Assembly: GCF_009914755.1 (NCBI RefSeq)
Contig: NC_060928.1
DNA from: the human T2T-CHM13v2.0 reference genome, Homo sapiens
Length of the DNA: 64,000 nt
Strand: one strand, 5' to 3'
The position numbers and the translations under genes were made by a program. Positions within the stretch are counted from its first letter, which is position 1, and every line of letters starts with the position of its first letter. Below, one piece after another: positions 11,582 to 26,499 of the stretch. The notes below the pieces were generated by a model. It saw only the letters and a list, made by a program, of their open reading frames with translations. It was not told the origin of the DNA and did no database searches.

Positions 11582-14152
11582 TACAAATACAGATAAATGA
11601 GAAACCAACTCCAAATTTTTCTCCTCTTTAGTTTACCTTGTAGGCTACAGTGTTAACCAGAACCTGAAAAAAACAAAAACAAAATAAAACAAAAACACAC
11701 AAACAAACAAACAAAAAACCTGGATGAATATTTTGTCCCTGATTCAAAATATAATGCCTTTAAATCCTTCAATCCCCCTAACATTTTGTACAATTAAGAA
11801 ATTCACTTTAGGTACATGACCAATAAGTACTTTAGTGTTAGTACTATCTATAAAGAATAGTAAATATAGTGTGAGGCAATACAAGCATGTATGTGAAATT
11901 TGGTTCCATGTTAAATGTAGCTTCATGCTTAATTATATTTAAAAAAATTACCAAACTTCCAGTGTATTTTTTAAAATAATTCTTATTTTACTTTCATCAA
12001 GACTAAGAGCTTTAACTATGAGATGTTAATTAATCTAATTTCTCTAATTTTCTATCATGTTTTAAAGAGTATTTTACTATGTAAACATTTTTAACTTTCT
12101 ATTTTCTCTGTATGTGCACAAAGTAGACATACAGAGAAAAAGGAAAAAACTACGTATGACTTACCCAGATGATCTATAACATACTTGGACTTTCTATTTT
12201 GACCTAAATCTTGTTTTCTTTATAATCTGCCTTACCAAAAATGCAAGCTCCTATCCATAGCTTTCTTCACATCTTTTTCTTCTCCTCCCTGGTTCCTTTC
12301 TACCTTGGTTCAAAAATAACCTTTTCGAGTCTGTAATTTGAATTAATTTTTAGACAACTTCTGAATTAGACAAAATTGTTCTTTTTCTCACTAAAAACAT
12401 ATCTTCTTTGGCCCATTTTATATACAGAATTATATATTATCTATAATTCTCATCCTTAGAAAACTTAGATTTTAGTGAAAATGTAGGAAGCAAGAAATCT
12501 TGAGCTGCCTACCAGATATTAGTATTTTATAGATGAAAAACATCCCCATTCCATAATTTTTAGAAATATATTTCCTTGTATCATAACTGTTTTTTAATTG
12601 GAAATGACTCAGACATTTAGTTAGCATCAAAAATAATTTAAAATTTTTAAATTACACAAAAAGTTTACCTCCAACATTTATCTCACTTACATGTTCTCAA
12701 TTCTTTCATTTTTAACAGCTTATCTAGATTATTTCTAAAAACCGATACATTAAACATAGCTAGCCATCATTTAAAAATAGTTATTTCTTTGTTAACCTTT
12801 ATTTGTTTATTTATTTTTCATAGCCAGTGAACATTAGCGAACATAGAAAAACCCTTAAAGTTAGCTACATGGGCATTTTCACCAGTAACTCTGAAGATTC
12901 AGCTGTTTTCATTAAACCAGCAACATTACATCAGTCTTACTTATCCAAAAAAATTACACAAAGATCATTTTGTTTGGCTGGGTTCATAGTTTTATAACCT
13001 TTTATGCCAAACTCTGACACTTCAAAATATCTAGCAGAGATAAAAATTAACCCAGAAAAAAAAATGCATGCTAGCAATTCTGAAGAATTTCTGTTTTTAT
13101 TTTACCAACAATTTTAAAACCAGCTTATTTATTAAAAGTTTACTTAAGTCCTGTGAATTTGAGAAATACTTTGGGCTTAATTTATGAATGCTTTTTTATT
13201 TTTAAACCAATTTGGTAGGCACGACATATAACATAATAAATGTACATACATAAGCACATCCAGACATGTATACATATGCATAAGCAAAGATCCAATAGAT
13301 TTACCTCAGAGCTCTAGCCATAAGATAACAATACAAACTCATCAGTTTACATGGCTACACTTTGTTTTCCCTGATAGTTAATCCAATGAAGGGTGTAGAT
13401 CAACATTATGGGTAAAGCAGTCTCCATGGCAGTTTGACTTTTAAAGGCTAAACCTTCCCAGGCTACACAGAACACTGGGGCCAAACAGCACCAAAGAAGA
13501 ATGTCACACGCTAACCAGGCCCGACACTGTTTAGAAGTACTGGAGCCAAACAGTATTACAAAGGAGTATCAGCTTACTGAATTCTAATTTTTCCGTAACA
13601 CACACAAAATCAATCACCAAAACACATTCCAACTGCTGCAACAGCTAACCTCAAGAGTGTCCTAATGGAAACAGGATGCTTCCCCTCTCCATTGGTTGGG
13701 CTTGATCAACCTGCAAACAAAAATTCCCTCAAGATTTCTCTGATTGAGAGGAGCCAGTCCCACTGTCTGGTACCAACAAAAGACACTCACTTTCCAGGAC
13801 ACATAATATAATTGCAAACAATCCCCACATAGTGTTCATACTGAAACAGTCAAGGTGCTTCCCTCTCTCAGTCAGTTGGGCTTGTTCAACCAACTAACAG
13901 AAATTTTTAAAAAAATTTCCAAAGTGATAGGAGTAGTTCATGTGCCTGGGCCCACAAAGGGCCCCTCACCTAAACAGATGCAGATGCCAAATTTCAAAGG
14001 CAGTTCTTCCTAGGCAATTAGGAATGTGGCTGGGGCCAGCTGCAGCAGGGCCAGAGAGATACCGAAACTCTCCTCCAGTCAAAATTGGGCAGGCAGCTGC
14101 TTAGGAGGGCTTCTGAGACTCCTTGCCCATGGCAACCAAGCCACAAGCTGGG

Positions 14153-14170
14153 TTCCAGGTCAGGGAGTCA
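14153..14170 (-). other. Primer-binding site, tRNA-Glu-like
   Basis: Minus strand TGACTCCCTGACCTGGAA versus tRNA-Glu PBS TGGTTCCCTGACCGGGAA (15/18), 5 nt from the 5' LTR end. Confidence 0.75.
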
Positions 14171-14175
14171 AAATC

Positions 14176-14647
14176 TGTTACTTACACACCAGGGATTTGA
14201 TTTAGGCCTTGCTGCTCGCTGCACAGAAAGACAATCACTGATACAGTGAATATTGCCAAGGAAGAAGGCTTTAATTGGGTGCTGCAGCTGAGGAGATCGG
14301 AGCTCAGTCTCGAATCCATCTTCCTGACTGACTAAAATTAGGGGTTTATATAGCAAGGAAGAAAAAGAAATGTAACTATATATGAAAACTGGAACTTGGG
14401 AGGGGCAAGGAAGAATCACGATGAATGAGGGGCCTGGCATCTCATTGTCTGGATGCGATGATATGGTGAGTTTCTGTTCTTTTATACTCTTTGAGAGGCC
14501 TGATATCTCATTGTCTGGATCTGGTGAGTTTTAAGCTTTAAGACTAGAAATGTCAATCTGAATAATATTGATGTCAAAAGAGTCATGTAATAATAAAATG
14601 TCAAAAGAATAATAATAATTGCCTATGAGACCACTGGGTCGGTTTCC
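14176..14647 (-). mobile_element. 5' LTR of the MER66-like provirus
   Basis: Homologous to 7605-8038 (30 mismatches in the first 156 aligned nt, counted by hand). TATATAAA on the minus strand at 14345-14352. Confidence 0.9.
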
Positions 14648-15246
14648 ATTGCTGGCTATCTGCCTACTCCAACATACCTACAAAGTAACTCTACATTTTG
14701 TTTTTAACAGAGCAGACCAAATTTAGGCTGGTTCCACAGTTACAGCCACATTAAAGTAGTGCAGCTGCTTTGGAGCCAGCCACATGATCACTGCTTAATA
14801 AAGGGTTGCTGAGTGAGTGAAGAAATAGAGCAAGCATGTGTTATCAAGTTATCAGTGTCTGTAGCATTTAATGAAAAAATATATTCCAACTGCTGTGGAC
14901 AAGAAATGACAAACCTCACCAATAAGCTGTGAGGCTAAAGAAAAGGAGCAAGTTTTAGAAAGAAATTAATCTCTGTCGTGAAATCAACAATTTCTTATTG
15001 ACACAACTGTGCTAGACATAGCTTTTAAGCAAAAACTCCCAATGAGACACATCTGTCTTAACTGCAGTAAAGTTCTGTTTCTGCCTGTAACTAGAATAGT
15101 GTTCAGTGATTCCATTTTAGTAGCTCTCTTAATACAGACATTATAACACTAGACATTTCTTAATTAGAGAAGTAATTTCTCAAAAAAAATCATAACAATG
15201 ATTCAATAGTATATCTGTTTTGAGAGGCATTGCAATATATTTGGTA

Positions 15247-15884
15247 TAGTGGTTCCCCATTATTTGTAGGGGATACGTTCCAAGATCCCCAGTGGATGCC
15301 AAAGTACTGAAACCTGTATATACTGTGTTTTCCTATACATACATACCTACCTATGATAAAGGTTAATTTATAAATTAGGCACTGTAAAAGACTAATAATA
15401 ATAACTAACAATAAAATAGAACAATTATAACCATATGCTGTCATGAAAGATACGTGAATATGCTCTCTCTCAAAATACCTTACTACAGTGTACTCCCAGT
15501 TCTTCTTATGAAGATGTGAGATGATAAAATGCCTACATGATGAGATGAAGTGAGGTGAACGATGCAGGCACTGTGACGTAGTCTTAGGCTACTGTTGACC
15601 TTGAACACATGCACTGCAATACTATGAGCCATAAGATGGCTATTAAGTGGCCAGCAGGTGATAGCATTTGCAGTATTCATATGCTGGACAAAGGGATGAT
15701 TCAGGTCCAGGGCAGAATGAAGCAAGATGGTGCGAGATTGCATCATGCTACTCAAAACAGTGCACAATTTAAAAAGCAAAAGTTGTTAATTTCTGAAATT
15801 TTCCATGTAATATTTTCATATCACAGCTGACTGTGGGTAACTGAAACCATGTAAAACAAAACCATGGATAAGAAGGGACTACCA
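15247..15884. mobile_element. MER44/Tigger7-type non-autonomous DNA transposon (TcMar-Tigger)
   Basis: Degenerate TIRs TAGTGGTTCCCCATTATTTG / GGATAAGAAGGGACTACCA flanked by TA. Internal GGGGATACGTTCCAAGATCCCCAGTGGATGCC. Confidence 0.9.
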
Positions 15885-16507
15885 TATTATGCCTTTCATG
15901 GTTACATAAAAATGGTATATAAAATAAAAATGCCTGCTAAAAAGTAAAATAGCCATGATGAGGAAAACGATTATGATTATTATGAAGGCTTTAACTACAA
16001 AGGGCTTGTTTATTCAATGTTATTTATGTGACAGATTCTTAGAACATTAACCACCAGATATTTCCCTCTGTTTGACTTTGTCATACAAAATGTGGGGTAT
16101 TCTGAAGTAAATGCTATAAAGTTAGAGGGAGAAGGTTAGACAACCTACTTTCTTTGCAATGTCATCTAAGTTGGAAAAGCTGTCACAGGGAATAACTGGA
16201 TAAAAGAAGTCATTCTAGATGAGTGAAGAAATAACAGTGACCATAAGGACAACATTTTTTAAAAGTGCTTTGAGTGCAGTTGCATATTTGTTTCTTAGAC
16301 TGTCTTTGCTTAATAATTAGCATATAAATGGTCTCAACTAGGATTGGAAGTTAACGTTTCATTAACCTCACTTACAATACCTAAAGGAGGCATCCACATT
16401 TAAATTCAGGGAGAAAATTAGTCTAACTAAACTCTCCTGAATATGATAATCTTGAAGCAGCCACAAACACATTGAGCACTGACCAAGCATCCCAAGTTTC
16501 ATTAAAA

Positions 16508-16541
<34 letters not shown>
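16508..16541. repeat. (CA)n microsatellite
   Basis: Seen directly, with one interruption. Confidence 0.95.
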
Positions 16542-16545
<4 letters not shown>

Positions 16546-17014
16546 TCAGCAAGAATGAAAACACTCACTGATGCTATTTTCTCAAAGGAAATACTGAATA
16601 ATATCTTAGTAAGTTATCTTCTATTATTGAATTGTACATTTTATTTTTTATAAATGATATTGTATTCATTTATTTATTCAGTCAGGACAATTCATCTTTT
16701 CTTCATTAATTCATTCATTCTTCATTTAACAAATGTTTTAAAAGCACCTGCTTTAAGTAAACCACAATTTTGTAGCCAATAGGAGGTGATCTAAAGCAAA
16801 GTAAGACCTAGCTCCTATCTTTGTGGGGCCTCCTTTATAGCAGAGAAGACAAGACTACAAACAGGAGAAAATTCAAAACAACATGAGTTTTTAAAATTGA
16901 ATTTTTACCATTTGATGAACATTGTGTAAAGCAACTAATTCTAAGACACATTGGCGTAAAACAGAACTTAGTAAAGCACATGGGGAGTTCAGAGACATTG
17001 CTACTCTCCAAGAG

Positions 17015-17230
17015 TCAGAGTGAAATGGTTAAGAATAAGGTCACTCAAACCTTAGTTTGTGTCTGGGCTTGGTCATTACTTCCCGTTACCTTAGGCAAGC
17101 CATTTGATGTCTCATTGCCTCATTCTCCTCATGTGTGAAAAGGGAATAATAATAAGGGTGGCTACATAGTAGGGGTGTTGTAAAGATGAAATTAGCTAAG
17201 AAATGTGAGATACTTAGAACTGTGCGGTAT
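17015..17230 (+). mobile_element. MIR SINE remnant
   Basis: Core ACCTTAGGCAAGCCATTTGATGTCTC...GCCTCATTCTCCTCATGTGTGAAAAGGGAATAATAATA. Confidence 0.75.
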
Positions 17231-17999
17231 GTACCAAAAGGTGCAATGTTTTATTTTTCATGTATTGTGAACATTTTCCAAAAGGAATAACATTTTAGCT
17301 AACTGATACTTCAAATATAGGGTTTTCTTTTTTGGGAAAAGTGAATTTCTATTTTCAGAAGTAAAACTAGGTTAGTGATTCACCAGCACTAAATATTTAG
17401 TGCCAATCCATGAGGCACTTTAGAATTACAATGTTTGTATTAGTAAAAGTACTGGACTGAGAGTGAAGTGTACCAATAATAATTATAGTTTTATAGTAAT
17501 AGTTATATGACTTTCAGCAAATTGGAAGTTGTAAATTGTAAACCTCAATTTCCTAGTCCATAAAATCAGATGGAGTGTTGTGCATATATGTGTAAGTTGC
17601 AAAGGCATTTAAATACTTCAATAGTGCTTGAAGGCTCATAATGTAATAGAAGGCACTTTTGAGTCTCATACTCTAAAGATTTGCTCCATGTGCTGCAATT
17701 TATGCTTCATAAAATTTAAGAAAGCACAATAATATCTACCAATCATAAAATAGCAGTCTTCTTGAGATTAGAAAAATCATTTCTAGCCAGTCATCAACAG
17801 AAGGCATGAAAGAGAACTAAAGTTTAATTGAGAAATTTTATGTAGAAATCTTATTCTTGGATCAACATGATCTCTGTATTTGTATCTCACCATTGTCTGG
17901 AACTTATTTTCTCACCTGCAGGTGAAAGAAAAATACTTTCACATTCTTTAAGTTCTATTTCGAATTGATCTACCTAAAGGCTGTCATTAAATAGATGGT

Positions 18000-18950
18000 A
18001 GAGTATAAATTGTATTCAAATTAAAAATAAAAAATGCACAAGTATGTAATTACTGTAATATATACAAACAATAACAAAATATATGAAGTAAAAGATTTAA
18101 ATACACTTTACTCCCCATCCCTAGCTACCCAGTATGACTACCACTCCTGCTCCTGTTTTCTTTTCTAGATAGAATCACTATTAACCATATGCTATAATTC
18201 TGGTCAAACTGATTTTTCTATGTATTTTCATGCATATATATGTCCACGTAAACCTGCATATTTTCCTTTGTAGACATGGAGTTATATATTGTATTCTTTG
18301 ATGGAAAAATGACACATTGTTCAAGATTCCTAATTATAGCTACAGTAAGCAAATTTCCTAACATTTATTGCCCATTAGCAGTGATTCTTTTGTGAAACAG
18401 CTATATATAATTTTTGCTCACTTTCTTTTTTAAGTGATAAGTCTTCTTTATTATTTTCCTGTTCTGTTGCAAATATTTTTTGCCTACGTTGTCAATTGAA
18501 TTTTATTAGAAGTATGTTTCATGTTCCTGTTATTATAAAAAGTTTTAGTTTTACAGGATCGAGTTATCATTCTTTCCTCTAAGGTTACTGTTTGTTTTAT
18601 AAGCCATTTCCTACTTAAATCTGATAAAATATTATTTTTAATTTTTTACATATATGTGTATTTGAATACATGTATGTGTGTATATATTTATATATAATAT
18701 ATAAAAATATAAATATATATATAATTTATATATATATATAAACTGTATATATATTTTTTAAGCCACCTAGGTTTTTGTGGTACTAGGTGAGGTAGAATAT
18801 TATTTGTAGTTTATTTTCTTTTTTTTTCCCACAAAGGGTGGCTTATTTTCTGAACATCATTTCTCATTTCTAGTTCACCCCTTTTGCACAGATTTAAATG
18901 TTTATCTTCATCATGTAATAGATTTTCACCTGAATATGAATAAAACAATT
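18000..18950 (-). mobile_element. Ancient L1M 3' remnant with a TA-rich low-complexity tract (18650-18755)
   Basis: T-rich, with motifs such as TTGCAAATATTTTTT and AAGCCATTTCCTAC typical of antisense old L1. Highly diverged. Confidence 0.5.
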
Positions 18951-19364
18951 GTTAAGCTCTAAATTAGGTAAGATGATTTGTATTATATCAAGATTTTTTT
19001 AGGCTAAACAATAATAATAGCTTATTGTAGTTTGGATAATTGAGATTTTAAGTGCGAGCAGGGGTACAATTTTAAAGAAAATACATTAGAAAAAATGAAA
19101 TATTATCACAGATTTTCTTGCTGTCAGTATAACTTACATAAAACTAACTCATAGCATCTAACATGGATCTATATTACAATCCTAAGTAAGAAATCATAAT
19201 GTAATTTAGACTACACCCTTAAAAAGTGAAGATCTCATGCTAGAGTTATTATATCTTAAGTTTTGGCAAAAAGAATATGTGGGTTTTCATGTTATGTGAC
19301 CTTAAAGCAATGATTTTAGGATTCTATGAGGTGAAGTGCACAAAGATCTTACAAGTGCTTTCAA

Positions 19365-19399
19365 CACACACACAGACACACACACACACACACACACAC
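19365..19399. repeat. (CA)n microsatellite
   Basis: Seen directly, with one GA interruption. Confidence 0.95.
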
Positions 19400-19406
19400 C
19401 CCTACC

Positions 19407-19976
19407 TGTGTGTATTCAGTGGGTCCCCAAGACCATCTTCAGGTTCAATGATTCAATAGAGGAACTCAGAAAAGCTATTACACTTACAGCAATGGTTTAT
19501 TACAGTGAAAGGAAGTCAATTTAAAATCAGAAAGGAAAAAGGCACAGAGGTGCAAGTTTCCAGTTTTCTTCTCCAAGTTGAGTCATATAAACAGCACATA
19601 ATCCTCCCAGCAATTGTGTGGGACAACACATAGATAGTATTGCCAACCAGGAAAGCTCATCCAAGGCTTGGTGACCAGATATGTTTGTGGGTTTGGTCAT
19701 GTTGGGTCTGCACAGCTGGCCTCATTTACTCAGTCTCTTGCCCCTCCAAAGGTCAAAGTGATACCTCATGAACCAAGACCCCCACCTTAAATTACACAGT
19801 TAGCATAGACTACCTGGTGTGGCTCTAGGTGCCAAGTAAACACAAATACTCTTATCAAGCATTATATTCCAAGGGTTTAGAAGTTATTTCCTAGGAACTG
19901 GTCAAGGACTAATCCTTTCTTGGAATGTGCAGAGTTTGCACAACACAGACCTGCAGAGTAAATCGTTAGCTACACA
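19407..19976 (-). mobile_element. MER77-like (MER21-group) solo LTR
   Basis: GGGTCCCCAAGACCA...GGTTTATTACAGTGAAAGG...TATTCCAAGGGTTTAGAAGTTA...CTTGGAATGTGCAG...CTACACA. Confidence 0.8.
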
Positions 19977-21409
19977 GTGCATAACTTGTCAACTAAATGG
20001 TGATTACACAGATACTAGTTAGGAGCAAGACTGTGAAACATACAAACGTATAAACCAAAAAACCAACCAAATGTGCTTTCTACTTTTTAATGCTCTAAAA
20101 TAAATTTATAAAAAGTATTTGAAAACATGATCATGGGTAACGTTCAAATTTCAAAACCACAGTGAATAATGCACTATTTCCCTGATATTTTAAAAAATAA
20201 ATGTTCCCCAACAGTAGAGAAGGCATATTTTGAAAAAAATCTCACTTGTCATTTTCCATACAAGTTGAGAAACATGATGAGCAATTAGTGGATGAAATAA
20301 TGCAGTGCAATCTTCAGAAACCTCTTGAGGGTATCAGAAAAATATCCTATTTGAATATTGGGAAGTGAGGAAGTCAATCCAGTCTGATCTATGCAATTTG
20401 GCCTTTGAATATCTAAGTTGCTGTCAATCATCCTTTCTGAATTAGTTTAGCACAGCAGGAATTACTAACTTATGCAAACCAAACTGCTGCCAATAAAAAA
20501 AAAATAAGGAGTTTTGTATTTGCAAAAAGACACAATTATTGTCAAGAGGTGTTTCATTGTTTTAAAGATATATTTGTAAATATGCCAAGATACTTTTCAT
20601 GCTTTGTAAGTATGCAAAATGTAAAATGCATTTCAGCTATTTAACTCATATATTTGTGCTACAAGACATTAAATAAAAAATATTTACTTACTTAATTTGT
20701 TTTTCCCTTGTATGTTTTTATACTATGTAAATAGAATGGACATTGAAGTGCTTCCATGTCATATTTGTGAAATAAAAATACATATTTTTCAAAAATAAAA
20801 ATATATTTTTGGACATAGTTAATAATTGTATTAAAGATGCAACTCATCAATAAAATGTTAGTTCTTCAGCATGGCTATGCAAATGTTGTAGGCATAAATT
20901 CTTCTTTAAATACTTTAACTTTCCCTAGTAAAGACCTTGGTTGAACTGACTGAGATTAAGGGAATTAAATCATCTACTAGTATTCCAATATATCTCTTTA
21001 CTTTTTTTTGTCACTGAGATGGTTTTTAAAATAGCTAATTTGCAAAAAAAAAAAAAAAAAAAAAAAGAAAAGAAAAGAACATATATATGTTCTACTGATG
21101 ATTATGAAAGAATGCTGTATTAGGAGTATATTTTTTGAAATCTCTTCAAAATTAACTGTATACTCTTTATAATGATCAAATCCCTTTGAATAAAATCAAA
21201 AACATTCTAGAAGTTTTTTTATACATGTAAAACAAGTTCACATCATACTCAGTTCATATGGCAGATGCATTTAAAAATTTGTTCAGAAGTATTGTATGCT
21301 TGCAGGGTAATGAACAAGGTCTCATTTTCCTTGATGATGGTTACCTGCTCGTTCTCCTTCACAGAAAAAAAAAAAGGCCCAAGTAATTCAGTATTTCCCC
21401 AACTATTAG

Positions 21410-21620
21410 GAAGGCAGTAGAGCATGATTGCTAAGACACAGGTTTTGGAGCCAAATTAGCTGGATTCTAATTTTGCCTTTACCAATTCCTAGCTGTAAGA
21501 CTCCAGAGTGTGAGATACTAATAGTATGCAAGTATTATGGATTTTTGAGGATCAAATGAGCTAATGCATGAAAAGAACTCAGCATAGTACCTGTACTTTA
21601 TAGGTAATCAATAAATGTTA
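21410..21620 (+). mobile_element. MIR SINE remnant
   Basis: tRNA-derived head, GAGGATCAAATGAGCTAATGCATG, and 3' CAATAAATGTTA. Confidence 0.7.
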
Positions 21621-21625
21621 CCAAT

Positions 21626-21719
21626 TCTTATCTTTGGTTTGCTTTATTAACTCAAAGAACCTCCAGCGTACATCTTATCTTTGGTTTGCTTTTTTAATTC
21701 AAAGAACCTCCAGCATATT
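21626..21719. repeat. Two-copy 47-bp tandem duplication
   Basis: TCTTATCTTTGGTTTGCTTTATTAACTCAAAGAACCTCCAGC starts at 21626 and again, nearly identical, at 21673. Confidence 0.95.
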
Positions 21720-21879
21720 TACAGAATAAACATCAATTGACCCTAAAAGTGTTTTGAATAAATCTCTCTCCATAATGGAAACAATATAGTGCTGTATATT
21801 TCAAGAATTAGTGTATTGTCTATATTAGCACTCACCAATCTAACGTTCTGAAAGGAAGGAGAGATGTGTGTTAACTCAT

Positions 21880-22319
<440 letters not shown>

Positions 22320-22519
22320 GTCTATATGCTTTATTTTAAGTAAACTTCTCAGCTAAACCCAGATATTTCCAGCTATCACTGAAAAGCAGAGCACACTCAA
22401 TTGAACTTGCAGTAAGGAAGGCAATATCCCAGTTTGTGTGGAAGTCTCTCTCTAGACAAAAGAGTAGAGTTTTTTTCACTGTTCATCTTTAGATCAATAA
22501 AAACTTGATTTCATGTTGA

Positions 22520-22980
22520 GATCTGGCTTGTAAAAGCAGAGGTAACAGAAACCTCTCAAACAGGCTATCTGCTGACACTGGCTCTGAAATTCTACATGGA
22601 AACTATCATCAGATTCAGGCCAGCCAGTAGCAAGCAGATTCTATACCTTGGTGAAAGAAAATAAAGAGGAGAATAGCAGTCAAGTTCTGGATTCTCAGGG
22701 ACCAGGATGCATAACAGAGGGAGGTTCAAAATGTCTTTTGTGTGGCTTCCAGGAGCAGTTGGAAGTCTCCATCAGAATTCTCTCTGCATTAAAATACGGT
22801 CCCCCTATTATTAGTTTTTAAAATGTCTGTCATGCTTTCCATTGGCCAAATCCAACTAAAAGCCAGAGAAGATGACAGCTCTGTTGATGCAGTCCATACA
22901 GCTCCACTTCCTGGGAAGGGTTCAGGGAGAAACAGGTTAGAGAGGGGCTCAGCATGAACAGGTGGAAGATACAAAGCATA
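22520..22980 (-). mobile_element. LTR33-like ERVL LTR remnant
   Basis: CCATTGGCCAAATCCAACTAAAAGCCAGAG...GTTGATGCAGTCCATA...GGAAGATACAAAGCA. The left boundary is uncertain. Confidence 0.6.
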
Positions 22981-23126
22981 CTGTTTACAACATGAAATTG
23001 TTAACAGGAATCTAGAGAGGTATAGGCTGATCCTGTTCTTAAACTATGCAGACAGGCCTGCAAAGAGAAAGAAAAATGAAACAAATGCATAACAAAAACC
23101 AGTTGAGTCACAGAAAGTGCTGACAA

Positions 23127-23320
23127 TTTTGTTTTTTATTTATTTATTTGTTTATTTATTTATTTATTTATTTTTGAGGCAGGACCTCACTCTGTCACCC
23201 AGGTGGGAGTGCAGTAGTGCCATCAAGGCTTATTGTAGTCTCTGCCTCCTGGGTTCAAGTGAGCCTGTTGCCTTGGCCTCACAAAGTGCTGGGATTACAG
23301 GTATGAGCCACTTAGGCACC
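23127..23320 (-). mobile_element. Alu monomer (FRAM-like or arm-deleted AluJ) with (TTTA)n tail
   Basis: One arm only: GAGGCAGGACCTCACTCTGTCACCCAGG...CAAAGTGCTGGGATTACAGG. Confidence 0.85.
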
Positions 23321-23508
23321 ATTCTTTCCAATCTACATCTCTGCTCTTTATGTTTAGTGAGACACCTTTGAACACTTATAATACATATTTTATATTTTAC
23401 TTAATCTAGCAAATTTCTGGTTTTTTGCAACCCAAAATATTTCACTAATATAAGTTTAAATACTCTCTACCTTTCCCATCTTTTCCTTTCCCAAAGAAAG
23501 CAAAATCA

Positions 23509-23900
<392 letters not shown>

Positions 23901-24294
23901 TTAAATACCTTTGAACTTCAAAACTAACTAATTATTTGTGTAAAATTTTACAACCACAGACAATATCCACAAAAAATGTTTTGAAAGACAGATGTATATA
24001 TGTGAGTGTGCATATATACATGTGAAAGTGCATTAAAGAGTAATAAACATTATATAACTACTTATTCTATCAGTAGTTGATTGACATTATTTAATATTTA
24101 AACTATGGGATACTATGTTTATTATTCATTTTATGTTTATGATTATACCTAAGTGAAAATGGAAAAAAAATACCTGAAATATATTAGTGTCACACTATTC
24201 TTGACCATTAAAAGTGAATTAAAAATTAAGTAGAAAATACTTGGCCTAAGGGATTCTTGGAATTTTTGCTTTTTATTAAAAATATCAAGTAATA

Positions 24295-24520
24295 ATAATC
24301 AAAGTTATGTTTTATTGAGTGCTTACTATATGTCAGGCATTTTGTGAAAATGTTCTCAATAGCTTATTGAATTTAACTCAAAACAAAGCAAATGAGACTG
24401 TCTCACTTTACACAGCAATAAATTGTGACCTAGAAGTATTAAACTGTTGATTGAAGGCAAACCTGTACTATACAGGGCAAGCTGCAACTCAAGTCCAAAT
24501 CTAACTCCAAAGTATTGACT
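24295..24520 (-). mobile_element. MIR SINE remnant
   Basis: TTTATTGAGTGCTTACTATATGTCAGGCA...ACTTTACACAG. Confidence 0.65.
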
Positions 24521-24999
24521 TTGATGTAATGCCTTCTCTCTATAATATAATGCCTTTTCCCTTCTACTTTTCCATTTTTACTTCTGAAGTAAAATACATT
24601 TCAAGAGAAGCTGAATCTCCCTTTATAGAAATGCTTAAAGCAAATTATAAATTGTAATCTTCTAAAACAAGTTAACTGTAATATCATGCTAGAAAGGAAA
24701 ATGGATGGTATTTTCTTCCTAACACCCATTTAAGCTCTCTGATTTCACTGTTTCACTGATTCATCCTCTTATATCAATAATACCAATAATAGTATCTTTT
24801 GAAAGAGAAGCTTAATTTCATGCTTGAATTATTTAATTGATACCTCTTTGACAATCAAATGTTTTGTTTGAAATCAGGGAAAAATGAATGCCATTTCCTC
24901 TTCTTTTGGTGAAATTGTATCCCAATTGTTTACGTTGAAAATTCCCTATGCAAGTACATTTCTCTAGATTTAAATCATTTGCTAGATTTTATGGGCTAC

Positions 25000-25340
25000 T
25001 GTGGTAGCTTGTTATAGTGATGGCTGACGGTGAACATATCTTACCAGTACCCATGCCCTGTTTTACTATCTTGCCTACAATGAATCAGGGCTTGGTCATG
25101 TCAATTGTGATGGCCAACTGAACATCAGCAAATGTGAAACAAACAGAGACTGAAACATTGCCTTCACCTCCTTGCAACAGTGCTCTGAAACATCATGTCA
25201 TTAAGAAGCATAAGATGTGAGAAAACATGAAAAGAGAATCCCAGCCATCCCAACTCCTCTTGCTGACCACAGCCTCCAGCCAACCCACCAGCTGAATTTA
25301 GCTGTATAAGAGACCTAAGGTGGCCCTAGTAGAATTAATC
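25000..25340 (+). mobile_element. MLT1 (F/G/H-like) MaLR LTR fragment
   Basis: TGTGGTAG start; GGGCTTGGTCATGT, CAGCAAATGTGA, CCAGCCAACCCACCAGCTGAA. Confidence 0.7.
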
Positions 25341-25459
25341 TGAAATTTTCTATCATCCATTCGGCTAGAGGCAAGATTATTTCTTGTTACATTATCCTAG
25401 GAACATGTTATCTTCGTTTCCCTAAAAAAGGTTACATATTTTGATATTGTACAGTAAAT

Positions 25460-25680
25460 TATTCATTCATTTAACACATTTTAACAAATGTTTGCTAAGA
25501 ATCTACTATTTGTAAGGTGCCATATTAGATGCTGGATTCATAATAGTATTAATAGTAATATGTTATTCCTGTTATCATGGAATTATAATATGGTGGGCAA
25601 TAAAGAAAATAAAAGAGTACATTAGAAGCATTTTTGTTACAAATTTAATAAAAGCCATAAGGAAATGTTCATTGTCTTGG
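25460..25680 (-). mobile_element. L2 3' end remnant
   Basis: ATTCATTCATTTAAC...AACAAATGTTTGCTAAGAATCTACTATTTG...GATGCTGG. Confidence 0.6.
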
Positions 25681-26180
25681 TAATACTTAGGTCTGGAGGA
25701 CGAGGCGGACCAATGGTTAAAAACTCTGCCCATCCATGATTAATAGAACTATTCTCACATACTCTAAACTTTAAATGCTGAACTAACAGATATCTCTACA
25801 TATAGCTAACGAGATCTCTAATAACAGAACTCATGCTTGGATAAATACTATTGTCACTTTATTGATCTAACTATTTTTATTCTCTAGACAAATACCACAA
25901 CACCTTTATAGATCTCTAATATTTATTGGAGAAATATTTGACTTCATTCAAATATACCTTATCACTCTCATTCTAAAAAACCCATCTGGAAGTTTGGTAA
26001 TTCATGAACACATAGTCCCCTTTCCAGTTTCTTGCTCAGAGTCTTAGTATAATGTACCATCTTTCCTAATTTGCACAACATGAGATTCCTCCTTTCTTGC
26101 TGGCCACAAATCATTGAGGAAATGTTGATAATACACAGAAATAAAAGAAAGCCTGCTCTTTTGATGAATTAAAAACCTGG

Positions 26181-26499
<319 letters not shown>

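Noticed and set aside
21044-21079. Orphan poly-A/(GAAAA) tract suggesting a processed pseudogene tail
   Set aside because: No TSD and no recognisable upstream mRNA or SINE body.
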